A stretch of 64,000 nucleotides of DNA from the sequence record MN018232.1; one strand, given 5' to 3'. Within the stretch, counting starts at the first letter, position 1; every line of letters starts with the position of its first letter. Positions 8,293 to 17,180 of the stretch are shown here, piece by piece. The translations under genes were made by a program, and so were the position numbers. Below the pieces are notes generated by a model. It had not been told where the DNA came from. It ran no database searches and saw only the letters and a program-made list of their open reading frames with translations.

Positions 8293-10722
8293 TCAAACAG
8301 TCCCTACAACTTCCTGGAAGTCAACACCAGTTCTGGTGGCAACGAATGTCAGGGTGATGTAGTTGATGGACTTGGTTGGCTTCAGGAAGATGTCAGCTCT
8401 GAACTCATTGTTATCAATGATGTCAGGTGTGTTGTTTGTTTCGTCACAAACTACGAGGAAGTCATACAGACCTCTCTTCGCCTGAACATCTCTAAGGTAT
8501 GGTTCAACAATGTTCACGAAATTAGCTCTCGTGTTGTCATCATTGAGTTCAAAGAGTTGTGAGTTAGCAGCACCCTCAAGTGCTTGTTCTACTGTAAGGA
8601 ACAATCTTCTTACGTTGATTCTGTCGAACGCAGATGAGTAAGCCAGAGCTGTCTTATCACCAAAGAGAACAATACCAGAACCCCTCTGAGAAATGATGGA
8701 GTTGATTCTTGCTCCGTAGAGCTCATCTCTTTGATTCTTCGATGGGTTATATGCCATCTTGACTGCGTTATTCAGGTTTCCTCTCTGGAGACCAGCAGGT
8801 GAGAACCATGGATAAGCTTCAATAGAAGTTCTGACACAAAGACCAGCAACGTCACCGTTAGTTGGGATGTAACGGAATTGGTTGTTGAATCTGTCGAAGG
8901 TGTACTTATAACCTGTGTCGAAGATCGCGTAAGACGAAGATGACAATGGGCTATAGAACTGAAGTACGTTCTGTGTTTGAGTAGCAGAGCTGGTTACATT
9001 AACAACGTTATCTCTGTGTGGGGAGATAGTTGCAATACAATCCTTTCTACCTTCTGCAAGAGAAATCAGATAGTTAGCTTTTGCTTGTGACTGACTTTCG
9101 ACTGCAAGACCTGGACCCATGAGGAGGTAGTCAACGGCAATCTCATCCTTATCAGCAAACAGTTGGTAACCATTTACCAAGTCAGAAAGGTCAGCACTCA
9201 TACCCTTGTTAGCACTGTAGTCAACACCACCCAAGAGTGTGTAACTTACATTACCGATAGAGGAGAACTTAGTAGCTAAAGCTTCCTGACCCCAGAGACC
9301 TTCGGATACGGTATATGGAGTGAAGTTAGTAGAGAACCCAGATGCAGTTGGAAGTGTATTCCAATAAGTATCTTCAGCTTGTGATGGGTTATAACCAGCA
9401 AAGATGAAGTTGGAGTTCAGTGCGATGTAATCCTTATAGTAGGTCTTAGTTGGATTGTCGCCATCCGCGACTGCGTCTTGTGCTTTAGACAGAGATGTGA
9501 AGGTCTCAAGGATGTTACCCTGAACACCAGTTACGTCTCCAGTGTCATCAACAACAACGACGTGAATACCATCATTCTTACCACCTCTAGAGGTGACATA
9601 CTGGTTATCAACAGGTCTCTCTGCAACGTTTCTCCAGTAAACTGTTGAGTTGGTAAGACCCAGTGTCTGTTCACCGTACCAATCCTTAACTGCGCCAGCG
9701 GTAACTGTACCACTTGCCGTTCCCGAATTGTTGGTAACATTAAGAATGTCAGCTTCAACGAATGATGCTGCTTGGTTGTACTGTTGATAAGTAACAGGAG
9801 TAACTGTACCAGCGGTAGAAACCAGGTTCTGGAAGGTAACTGCTGTACCTACAGTTGGGAGTGAAGCTGCAATACCAGCAGACAATGTGACTGAAGTGTC
9901 AGCAACGAAACCAGTAATTTCGATTGAACCACTACCAGGAGCCAAGAAATAATTGCCAGTTGTAATACCTGATGTGCTGTTTACACTAACGATTGTAGTA
10001 CCAGCAGCTCCAGTTGCAGAAGTAGTTGTAACACCGATAGTCAGATAATCTTCGGAGGTTGGGAATACTCTCTCAAGAACTCTAACTTCGATTGTGCTGT
10101 TACCGTTCTGTGCGTCAGTGTTAACACCTGTGATGATACCCTTGAGGTGACCAGAGAAAGAATTAACTGCACCAGCTTCAGGGATTGATATGCTGTTTCT
10201 AGCAGCAGATACACCGTAACCAACAACCAGGTTTGATGCACCAGGGTTAGTAGTAGCAACACTGACGATTTGGTCAGACTTGTTATCGATGGTACAAACC
10301 TTCAGGCTGTTAGCCCATGTACCAGGGTTTCTTGATGCCCAGTAGTAGCTTGTGTCGCTTCTATGGTTGAGTTCGTAGTCATCAACATTTTCGATTAGAA
10401 GACCAGTTGTTGATGCTGCACCAACACCTGCATTACCGTTGTTCAGACTTGTGCCAGATACTCTGACAACTTTGAGGATTCCACCATAAGAGAGGAATGA
10501 ATTACCTGTCATCCAGTACTCATACTGTCTGTCAGTGCCAATTGGCTGACCAAAAGTATCCAGGAATTGTTGTTGTGTCTCAATGGTAATTGGTTCGTTT
10601 ACAGGTCCGATTGGGAATGGACCAGCAATTGCACCAATGTTGTCAAGAACGTTCTCAGCTCTTCCAACAGTTAAGTCAACTTCCCTGACTAATACTCCTG
10701 GAGATAATTGAGGAGTAGCCAT
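8293..10722 (-). CDS. g18: Tail sheath protein gp18
   Basis: SPGVLVREVDLT, PWFSPAG, FDRINVRRLF, FLKPTKSINYITLTFVATRTG. Confidence 0.98.
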   Translation of the reverse strand: MATPQLSPGVLVREVDLTVGRAENVLDNIGAIAGPFPIGPVNEPITIETQQQFLDTFGQPIGTDRQYEYWMTGNSFLSYGGILKVVRVSGTSLNNGNAGVGAASTTGLLIENVDDYELNHRSDTSYYWASRNPGTWANSLKVCTIDNKSDQIVSVATTNPGASNLVVGYGVSAARNSISIPEAGAVNSFSGHLKGIITGVNTDAQNGNSTIEVRVLERVFPTSEDYLTIGVTTTSATGAAGTTIVSVNSTSGITTGNYFLAPGSGSIEITGFVADTSVTLSAGIAASLPTVGTAVTFQNLVSTAGTVTPVTYQQYNQAASFVEADILNVTNNSGTASGTVTAGAVKDWYGEQTLGLTNSTVYWRNVAERPVDNQYVTSRGGKNDGIHVVVVDDTGDVTGVQGNILETFTSLSKAQDAVADGDNPTKTYYKDYIALNSNFIFAGYNPSQAEDTYWNTLPTASGFSTNFTPYTVSEGLWGQEALATKFSSIGNVSYTLLGGVDYSANKGMSADLSDLVNGYQLFADKDEIAVDYLLMGPGLAVESQSQAKANYLISLAEGRKDCIATISPHRDNVVNVTSSATQTQNVLQFYSPLSSSSYAIFDTGYKYTFDRFNNQFRYIPTNGDVAGLCVRTSIEAYPWFSPAGLQRGNLNNAVKMAYNPSKNQRDELYGARINSIISQRGSGIVLFGDKTALAYSSAFDRINVRRLFLTVEQALEGAANSQLFELNDDNTRANFVNIVEPYLRDVQAKRGLYDFLVVCDETNNTPDIIDNNEFRADIFLKPTKSINYITLTFVATRTGVDFQEVVGTV

Positions 10723-10803
10723 GTTTTCTCTCTCCTATGGGTCTCAGTTTAACTACTAATATTTAGAAATTTGACTGTTTTGAGAGGGTAAACATGACGT
10801 AAA

Positions 10804-11034
10804 CTACCAATCTGGATATTCCCACCGAGACTTTGGACACTTATCCTTCTTTCTCTCTTTGACACCTTCAATAAAACACTCTTTACAGATATAAGAATAC
10901 GACGATGGGACTGCTCCTCTATCCTTCCTTGTTCTATAAAAACCATCCACAAGGTTCTTGACTTCGCCACAACTCTTACACTTTCTATCAGTCAGAAAGA
11001 GATGATTGAGTTCTAGTTGTTCGTCAAGGTTCAT
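10804..11034 (-). CDS. Small zinc-ribbon protein
   Basis: CKSC...FY...CKEC, resembling the N-terminal zinc ribbon of EndoVII-type nucleases but with no catalytic domain. Confidence 0.65.
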   Translation of the reverse strand: MNLDEQLELNHLFLTDRKCKSCGEVKNLVDGFYRTRKDRGAVPSSYSYICKECFIEGVKERKKDKCPKSRWEYPDW

Positions 11035-12701
11035 TAGTAATTAGTCCAAAGTGTCCATCCACCAGCATTGGTACCATACTCATCATATGGACTTGCTGTA
11101 GACCACCTATCACCATCTGTGTCAACGAAAGACCCTTCATCGAGACCATCATTCATAAAACCAAATGGTGCCATGTCTTGTTCAATCTGGTTCTTCTGTT
11201 CTTCATATAATCTCTTTCTAACATCCTGGTCAGTCAACTCTTTGAAGTAGTCCTGAGCAACTAACCATGCATAGATAACCAGACACATTGCAAGGTCATC
11301 ATTACAACCTTCTTCTGCCTCGAATGAGTTTCCTTTAGAGATAAAGGTTGTCAGTTCTGAGATAATCTCATAGTCATTGAATATGAGTTTATTCTCCTCA
11401 ATCATTGTCTTGAGGTTAAGTGCACCAACCTTTTTGACAGTCTTTGACATCTTGACACCAAGTTGGGTTTTTGTACCAGAGAAACCCTGACCAACAACCT
11501 GACCTGCTCTACCTCTCATTGCACACATGAGTAAGTTCTGATATTCTAAGTCGTACTGAAGAATTGACGCAATCTGGTCTCCGATATCATTGACCTCACA
11601 GAGAATGAATGCATTGTTATATGACTTTGCAATCTCCCAAATAATGTTGGGAAACAACATCGGTTTGATGGTATTATTACGATACTTTGCTACTATCTTA
11701 TGGGGAAAAGTTGTGATATCAGCGACGATAAATGCAGAGTAGTCTTCTCCAACACCTCTAGCGACATCAACAGTAACCACATAGTCATGGTCTGATTTTG
11801 GTTCTTCATGGACATCTAATCCAGCACTCTGTTTGATTGGGTTATCGTATACAAGAGTTTTCAGTTTACTGGGTGCAATCAGTGTATCGACAGAACCAAG
11901 GAACTCACACTCAAACTCAATTTTGAATTGTTGTTCAGACGTGTTCTTAATAGTCTGTTCTTTCCAGACTTCGTCCCTTCCAGGGACTTCAGACCAATGA
12001 ACGTCTGTTGGTATATATTCATTCTTACCTTTTTCGGCATCATGCCACATACGGTAGAAATGATTCATACCGTGTGGGGTAGAGACGATAATTACTTTCG
12101 TTGATTTACCAGAAGTAATAGTAGGATAAACAGAGGCAAAGAAGGCATCTGCAATATGGTTTGGAACGAACGCAAATTCGTCGAGGAAGAGAATGTTAAA
12201 CGACATGCCTCGGACAGCACTTGCAGACGTAGAAGCAGCCAGTATCTTTGAGCCATTTTCTAATTCAATGTTACCTTTGTTCCATACAAGAATACCTTGT
12301 TGCATCCATTTAGGAAGGTTCTCATATGCTGTTGCTAGTCTACCTAACAATTCACGAGCTGTCGTGGCTTTGTTTGCTAGGATACCAATATTAACACTAT
12401 CGTTGAAAATAGCATAATGTAAAAGATAAGATACACAAGTAGTGGACTTACCTGTCTGTCGTGGCATTTTACAGATGTTAAATCTGTTGTTGTGGAAGTT
12501 GTTGATAAGTTTTTCTTGGAATTCATAAGTCTTAAATGGTTGAAGACCATGGTCCAAGGTCACAATCTGTACATAGTTTTGTGCAAAGTAAACTGGGTCT
12601 TCCTTACACTTAATGTATTCCTCAATCTGTTCTTTAGTAAACTCAATTGGGGTATTCGCCTTCTTGAGAAGAGGATTACCCAAATATACATCATTACTCA
12701 T
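11034..12701 (-). CDS. g17: Terminase large subunit gp17
   Basis: Walker A-like MPRQTGKST, Walker B LFLDEFAF, nuclease motifs VDVARG and DDLAM; uninterrupted. Confidence 0.99.
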   Translation of the reverse strand: MSNDVYLGNPLLKKANTPIEFTKEQIEEYIKCKEDPVYFAQNYVQIVTLDHGLQPFKTYEFQEKLINNFHNNRFNICKMPRQTGKSTTCVSYLLHYAIFNDSVNIGILANKATTARELLGRLATAYENLPKWMQQGILVWNKGNIELENGSKILAASTSASAVRGMSFNILFLDEFAFVPNHIADAFFASVYPTITSGKSTKVIIVSTPHGMNHFYRMWHDAEKGKNEYIPTDVHWSEVPGRDEVWKEQTIKNTSEQQFKIEFECEFLGSVDTLIAPSKLKTLVYDNPIKQSAGLDVHEEPKSDHDYVVTVDVARGVGEDYSAFIVADITTFPHKIVAKYRNNTIKPMLFPNIIWEIAKSYNNAFILCEVNDIGDQIASILQYDLEYQNLLMCAMRGRAGQVVGQGFSGTKTQLGVKMSKTVKKVGALNLKTMIEENKLIFNDYEIISELTTFISKGNSFEAEEGCNDDLAMCLVIYAWLVAQDYFKELTDQDVRKRLYEEQKNQIEQDMAPFGFMNDGLDEGSFVDTDGDRWSTASPYDEYGTNAGGWTLWTNY

Positions 12702-12707
12702 AAAAAA

Positions 12708-14267
12708 TCAATCCTCAATAAAAGTAACAGCACATTCTGCCCTTTGTAGGTTAGAATCAGAAGAAATTGCCATTGTAAGTGTTCTTTGTGGTGGTAAAAC
12801 AATTCTTAGTGACTCAAGATCAATTGTTTCTGGAGCACCGTTTGTGACACAAAATACTGCTATTGGTTCTCCACCAATAATTTGAGCATCAGATCTTGAA
12901 TATGATGATGCATTTCCAAGAGGTTCATAATCAAGAGGATTGTCAGTTGGAGCATCAAGATATAAGTATAGAAAACAAGGTGCTGTTGATGATGCTGTTG
13001 TTAGAGCACTTACTTTTTTGATTAAGAGTTCTCTCTGATTAATTTTATTATTGTCAATCAAACCACTCTTTAAACTTAAAAGATGGTATTTTATGTTAGT
13101 GGTATTCATTCCACCAGTCTTTGATCTAAAGGCAGCGATTGGATTAGTTGTTGTATTCACAAGACCTTCAATCGCACCCATCATAGATGCGCCAGATACT
13201 GTTACACCAGTACCAGTATTGCCATCTAATTCAGCAGCTACATAACCAATTTTGAGTGATGGATTATCTAAGTGGACATTATTATTTTGGTTAGTATAAT
13301 GAATATGATGGACAGGCATAATATCGCCAGTTTGTTGATTCTCAACAGCTAGTCTTATTTCACCAACACCCAACCAACGATAATTAATTTGATATACATT
13401 TAACTTTGTTGGATCTATTTTCATATTAGATGGATTTGTACTTCCACCAACACCAGTTAAAGTATCGTGATTCCAATCTTCTTGGTATGTCCATTCATTT
13501 GTTTGATTTACTCCTACCTGAGAGGTTGATCCTGTTGCTACAAGATCACCATCACTTACGATTGAAAATGTTCCTGATAATGGACCAACAGTTGTAGATA
13601 AGAAATCTAGATATCCATTTTTACGATCAACTATCCATCCATTATATGTGTGTGTTCCAATACCAGTTGCATTTTGAGTTGATGTTCCTGCACCAATACT
13701 AACAGTGGTTGCAATTCCAGCAAGTGTTACTGTAATATTTTCTGTACCACTCGCTGGTGTTGTGATGAGAAATCTGTGAATATGTGCCTTACCACCATTC
13801 GCTCTTAAAAAACCAAACTTTCCTTCAGTGCTGTATCCGACCTGAAGTGCTTGTTCTTGAGAGAAGAAACCTGCTCTTTGTGTATACCCTGTTGCAATAC
13901 CAGAAAACTGTGCTGTAAATCTTCCAAGAGCACCTTGTCCTGGACGATATCTTACTGCTCTTTTAGAACGAATAACACCATACCCATAAGCACCAGTTCC
14001 ACTTTCAACTTGCATGAGAGTTGAAGAAGTGGTTATACCAGTCCCATTTGTAAATAATTCAAACCTATCTGAGTTTAAACCATATATGGCATCAAGTTGA
14101 AATATTGGATAAATTTGAGAGACAATTTGTTCTCCAAATGCACCACTTCCACTTGCAGTTCCACCACAGTTATCAATGTTGCCGTATCTGTCGGCACACA
14201 TGTATACTTCAAATAAACTTCTTTCTTGGTTTAGATAATCTTGATTAATCTTATTCCACTGAGCCAT
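12708..14267 (-). CDS. Hypothetical protein, probably virion structural (beta-sandwich-rich)
   Basis: Long Gly/Thr-rich ORF in the g16-g17 insert; no enzyme motif recognised. Confidence 0.55.
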   Translation of the reverse strand: MAQWNKINQDYLNQERSLFEVYMCADRYGNIDNCGGTASGSGAFGEQIVSQIYPIFQLDAIYGLNSDRFELFTNGTGITTSSTLMQVESGTGAYGYGVIRSKRAVRYRPGQGALGRFTAQFSGIATGYTQRAGFFSQEQALQVGYSTEGKFGFLRANGGKAHIHRFLITTPASGTENITVTLAGIATTVSIGAGTSTQNATGIGTHTYNGWIVDRKNGYLDFLSTTVGPLSGTFSIVSDGDLVATGSTSQVGVNQTNEWTYQEDWNHDTLTGVGGSTNPSNMKIDPTKLNVYQINYRWLGVGEIRLAVENQQTGDIMPVHHIHYTNQNNNVHLDNPSLKIGYVAAELDGNTGTGVTVSGASMMGAIEGLVNTTTNPIAAFRSKTGGMNTTNIKYHLLSLKSGLIDNNKINQRELLIKKVSALTTASSTAPCFLYLYLDAPTDNPLDYEPLGNASSYSRSDAQIIGGEPIAVFCVTNGAPETIDLESLRIVLPPQRTLTMAISSDSNLQRAECAVTFIED

Positions 14268-14270
14268 AAT

Positions 14271-14588
14271 TTATACCCAATCTAATTTTGCTGGATGATA
14301 CCTTTTATCGTCTTTAATCTTTATTGATTTATCAGAGTTTTCTCTCACATAAATCTGTTGAACAATTGCACCAGGATACTCATCTTGAAGAAACTCTGCA
14401 AGTTGATTTCTTGATGGAATACCATTTTCAGTAACCATAGAAATTCTATGAATACTACCTTGATACATTACATCTGCAGAAAACTCTTCACCTACACTTT
14501 GAGTGTTTGAATCGGAACCATTTACGATAAGTGTGTCAACATGTTGAATATTGACACTTTCTTGAAGAAAATCTTGAAAACTTTTCAT
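14271..14588 (-). CDS. Candidate internal head protein with capsid-targeting-like N-terminus
   Basis: N-terminus MKSFQDFLQE resembles T4 IPII/IPIII CTS MKTYQEFIAE; shares the PSRN..L...YPG..VQ module with the upstream ORF. Confidence 0.55.
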   Translation of the reverse strand: MKSFQDFLQESVNIQHVDTLIVNGSDSNTQSVGEEFSADVMYQGSIHRISMVTENGIPSRNQLAEFLQDEYPGAIVQQIYVRENSDKSIKIKDDKRYHPAKLDWV

Positions 14589-14589
14589 A

Positions 14590-15882
14590 TCAACAGTTCC
14601 ATGCTCTAAGGGACTTATTGATTCTGCTATCGGGATCGTTAGCAGTTTTGGAAGAAGTCAATTTCTTCTTCATACCTTTCATTCTTGCACAGAAAGATGC
14701 TCTTCTCTTATTACCAACTTTCTTTGATGGTGCTTTTAAATCAGAGCCAGGGTTATCTCTCTCGTAGGACTTACGACCCTTCTCATTTAATCCTCCCTCT
14801 TTGTTTTGTCCCTCTTTACGAGTCCAGGCTGCTCCTTCCGAGACTTCCATAGAACCATCATCATTAGTGCTTACTTCTTTAGCATTCTCATCCCAGTAGG
14901 AACCACCATATGCACAGTCAGATCTAGTTTCCAACTTCTTACACTTTGGACAATACTTTAACTCACTCCCTTCTTTTACACCAACATTCAGAACTGCATC
15001 TGTAGGTTGGAATGTTGTAAGGTCAAATCTTTGAACCATACAACCTGGATAGACTTTTGCAAGTGCATCCTGAACTTCATTTCTTGATGGTTTCTTCACT
15101 TCAGGGAAGAAGAGCTTCATCATCATATACTTACCTCTCCAGGTAAATGCTACAGCATAAACATTGCCAGTCTGTGCTGGAACTCTGGTTGACTCCTCAA
15201 TGGCATCTTTGAGTGGAAGTTCACCTTTGAGTTTTGCAATAACTTGTTCTCTCACACTTCCCTTTGGTACACAGTTAGGGACCATACGGTTACCCTTTTT
15301 CTTCATACCTCTTTGTTCGTGGGTTTTCCAACAAGCTTCATCAACAACTTCTACTTCAATACCATTCTTTCTCATGGCATCGATTTGGAGTTCTGTGAAC
15401 TCAGGGAGTGCCAAGAACTCTTCTTTCTTGGTTGAACTACCCCAGTTTTTAGCACCCTTCTTGCGACACTTTACCAATGCCCCAGAAGCATATGCAGAAG
15501 GCCATACGGAATAACGTGACTTGACCTTATGGTAACAAGCATCTTTCTTGCCCGAACCCTTACCCTTCTTATCCTCTTCGTTAAAGGTTTCTTCTTTCAT
15601 TTTCTTCTTAGGTTTGTCGGTTGAAACGTAAGTTGGTTTTGCAGCACCACTCTTTTGTTGTTGATTGGGGTCTGCAGCCTTCTTTCTTCTTTGAGCAGAT
15701 TTTCTTTCTGCAGGAGTCATACTCGCTCTTTTAGATGAAGAAACACACTTTGGTGTACCCTCACCAGGTTCATCACTTGCACAGGTACCACCTGTCACAA
15801 CATTAACCCAACCACTTTTACCATCTTTAGATTTGGATCCTTTGAACCACTTGTGGAGATTACCTTCCTGCATTTTGATCAA
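14590..15882 (-). CDS. Modular Lys/Cys-rich hypothetical protein (possible internal head polyprotein)
   Basis: Chain of short basic modules separated by Glu-rich linkers; ATAAATA late box at ~15893-15899. Confidence 0.55.
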   Translation of the reverse strand: MIKMQEGNLHKWFKGSKSKDGKSGWVNVVTGGTCASDEPGEGTPKCVSSSKRASMTPAERKSAQRRKKAADPNQQQKSGAAKPTYVSTDKPKKKMKEETFNEEDKKGKGSGKKDACYHKVKSRYSVWPSAYASGALVKCRKKGAKNWGSSTKKEEFLALPEFTELQIDAMRKNGIEVEVVDEACWKTHEQRGMKKKGNRMVPNCVPKGSVREQVIAKLKGELPLKDAIEESTRVPAQTGNVYAVAFTWRGKYMMMKLFFPEVKKPSRNEVQDALAKVYPGCMVQRFDLTTFQPTDAVLNVGVKEGSELKYCPKCKKLETRSDCAYGGSYWDENAKEVSTNDDGSMEVSEGAAWTRKEGQNKEGGLNEKGRKSYERDNPGSDLKAPSKKVGNKRRASFCARMKGMKKKLTSSKTANDPDSRINKSLRAWNC

Positions 15883-15898
15883 AGATTTTAATTATTTA

Positions 15899-16846
15899 TC
15901 AGATACCGATTGATGTATAGGTATTCAGTTCGAATGCTAATGATTTCCATTCAGAACCAAGATACATCTGTACTTTGTTCTCGGTCGTATTAAAAATCAA
16001 TGCACCTTGAGTTACAGTTAATGCATCTCTCTCGGACGTTGTTAGTGTTGGTGGATAGAACTGTGAAGATGCAGTAATGATTCCTGAGACAGTGGTGTTT
16101 GATGACACATTTTCAGTACCACCTGCACCAGCAGAAATACCAGTTAAATTAGAACCATCACCATAATATGTGTCTGCATATACATTTGCAAACCTAGTAC
16201 TATTTGTTCCTATATCTACAGTACTATCAGAATTTGCTAAGATATTTCCAGTAAATGTTGAGCTTCCATTTACTGTAAGACTTGTACCATTTAAGAGTTG
16301 AAGACTATCACTTCTGAATCTTGCAGAAATATTTTGTGACCCACCTTTAATGTGAGCAAATTCAATGATACCATCTTCGGTTCCATTACTGGCATCTAAG
16401 ATCTTACCAGTAATCTTAGCGTAATTTCTTTCTACACCAGTATCACTTTCACCAGCAAACTTAATCTGTCCCAGATAATCTCCATCATCTGGGGAAGCAC
16501 TATTCCTATAAAGTTTGAATTCTGGTGCAGCGGAGCTTCCTGTGTCTGTAGAGACAATAGTAACGTTGGATGTTATGTTACCATTAAAATTTACGTTGTT
16601 ATTAAACGTTGTGATGCCAGATATGTTTATTCTTCCATCATAACTGATACCAGTTGCACCATAATTTTCAACCCATGGGTTGACGACAGATACTGTGGTT
16701 CCAATACCAATACCACCAGTATCGACTTTTAAAAATAATTTACCATCATAAGTATTAAGTGCTAATTCACCCGTCTCCAGATTCGAGAGTGCAGGAATCT
16801 TTCCCGCTACAGATGAGCGCTTAAACTTTACCTTTGGAGCCGCCAT
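15899..16846 (-). CDS. Fibre-like protein with T4 gp37-like N-terminus
   Basis: KFKRSSVAGKIP..L.TGELALNTYDGKLFLK parallels the T4 gp37 N-terminus (QFKRSK.AG..P..L.EGELAIN..D). Confidence 0.65.
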   Translation of the reverse strand: MAAPKVKFKRSSVAGKIPALSNLETGELALNTYDGKLFLKVDTGGIGIGTTVSVVNPWVENYGATGISYDGRINISGITTFNNNVNFNGNITSNVTIVSTDTGSSAAPEFKLYRNSASPDDGDYLGQIKFAGESDTGVERNYAKITGKILDASNGTEDGIIEFAHIKGGSQNISARFRSDSLQLLNGTSLTVNGSSTFTGNILANSDSTVDIGTNSTRFANVYADTYYGDGSNLTGISAGAGGTENVSSNTTVSGIITASSQFYPPTLTTSERDALTVTQGALIFNTTENKVQMYLGSEWKSLAFELNTYTSIGI

Positions 16847-16895
16847 TATAACACCTGGTATATACCGTAAAACACTTATATAAGTGTATTAATAT

Positions 16896-17132
16896 TTATT
16901 CGAACGTTCCACCGTCACCCGCGGTCTTCTTTGTTCTAGTTGTCTTGGGTTTTTGGTCCACAGACTTTAAAGATTCTATCTGTGCTTCTTGTTCCCTCAC
17001 CTTTGTTGTCAACGCTTCAACCAAATCAGTCAACTGTCTAATTTTTGCATTAGTTGCAATTGATTGAGTGAACAAATCATTAGAAGTAGTTTGATATGAT
17101 GAGATCAAATACTTTATATCATTTTCATTCAT
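16896..17132 (-). CDS. Small coiled-coil hypothetical protein
   Basis: Heptad pattern; ends in DGGTFE. Confidence 0.6.
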   Translation of the reverse strand: MNENDIKYLISSYQTTSNDLFTQSIATNAKIRQLTDLVEALTTKVREQEAQIESLKSVDQKPKTTRTKKTAGDGGTFE

Positions 17133-17134
17133 AG

Positions 17135-17158
17135 AAAAAGAGGGTATTGCTACCCTCT
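17135..17158 (-). terminator. Intrinsic terminator-like hairpin
   Basis: AAGAGGGTA-GCAA-TACCCTCTT followed by TT, after the 589-aa fibre gene. Confidence 0.7.
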
Positions 17159-17180
17159 TATTTATTTTGTTATCTTAGGT

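Noticed and set aside
11034-12701. Intein or intron in terminase gp17 (also checked g20 and g23)
   Set aside because: The reading frames are continuous, of ordinary length, with no splicing or LAGLIDADG motifs.
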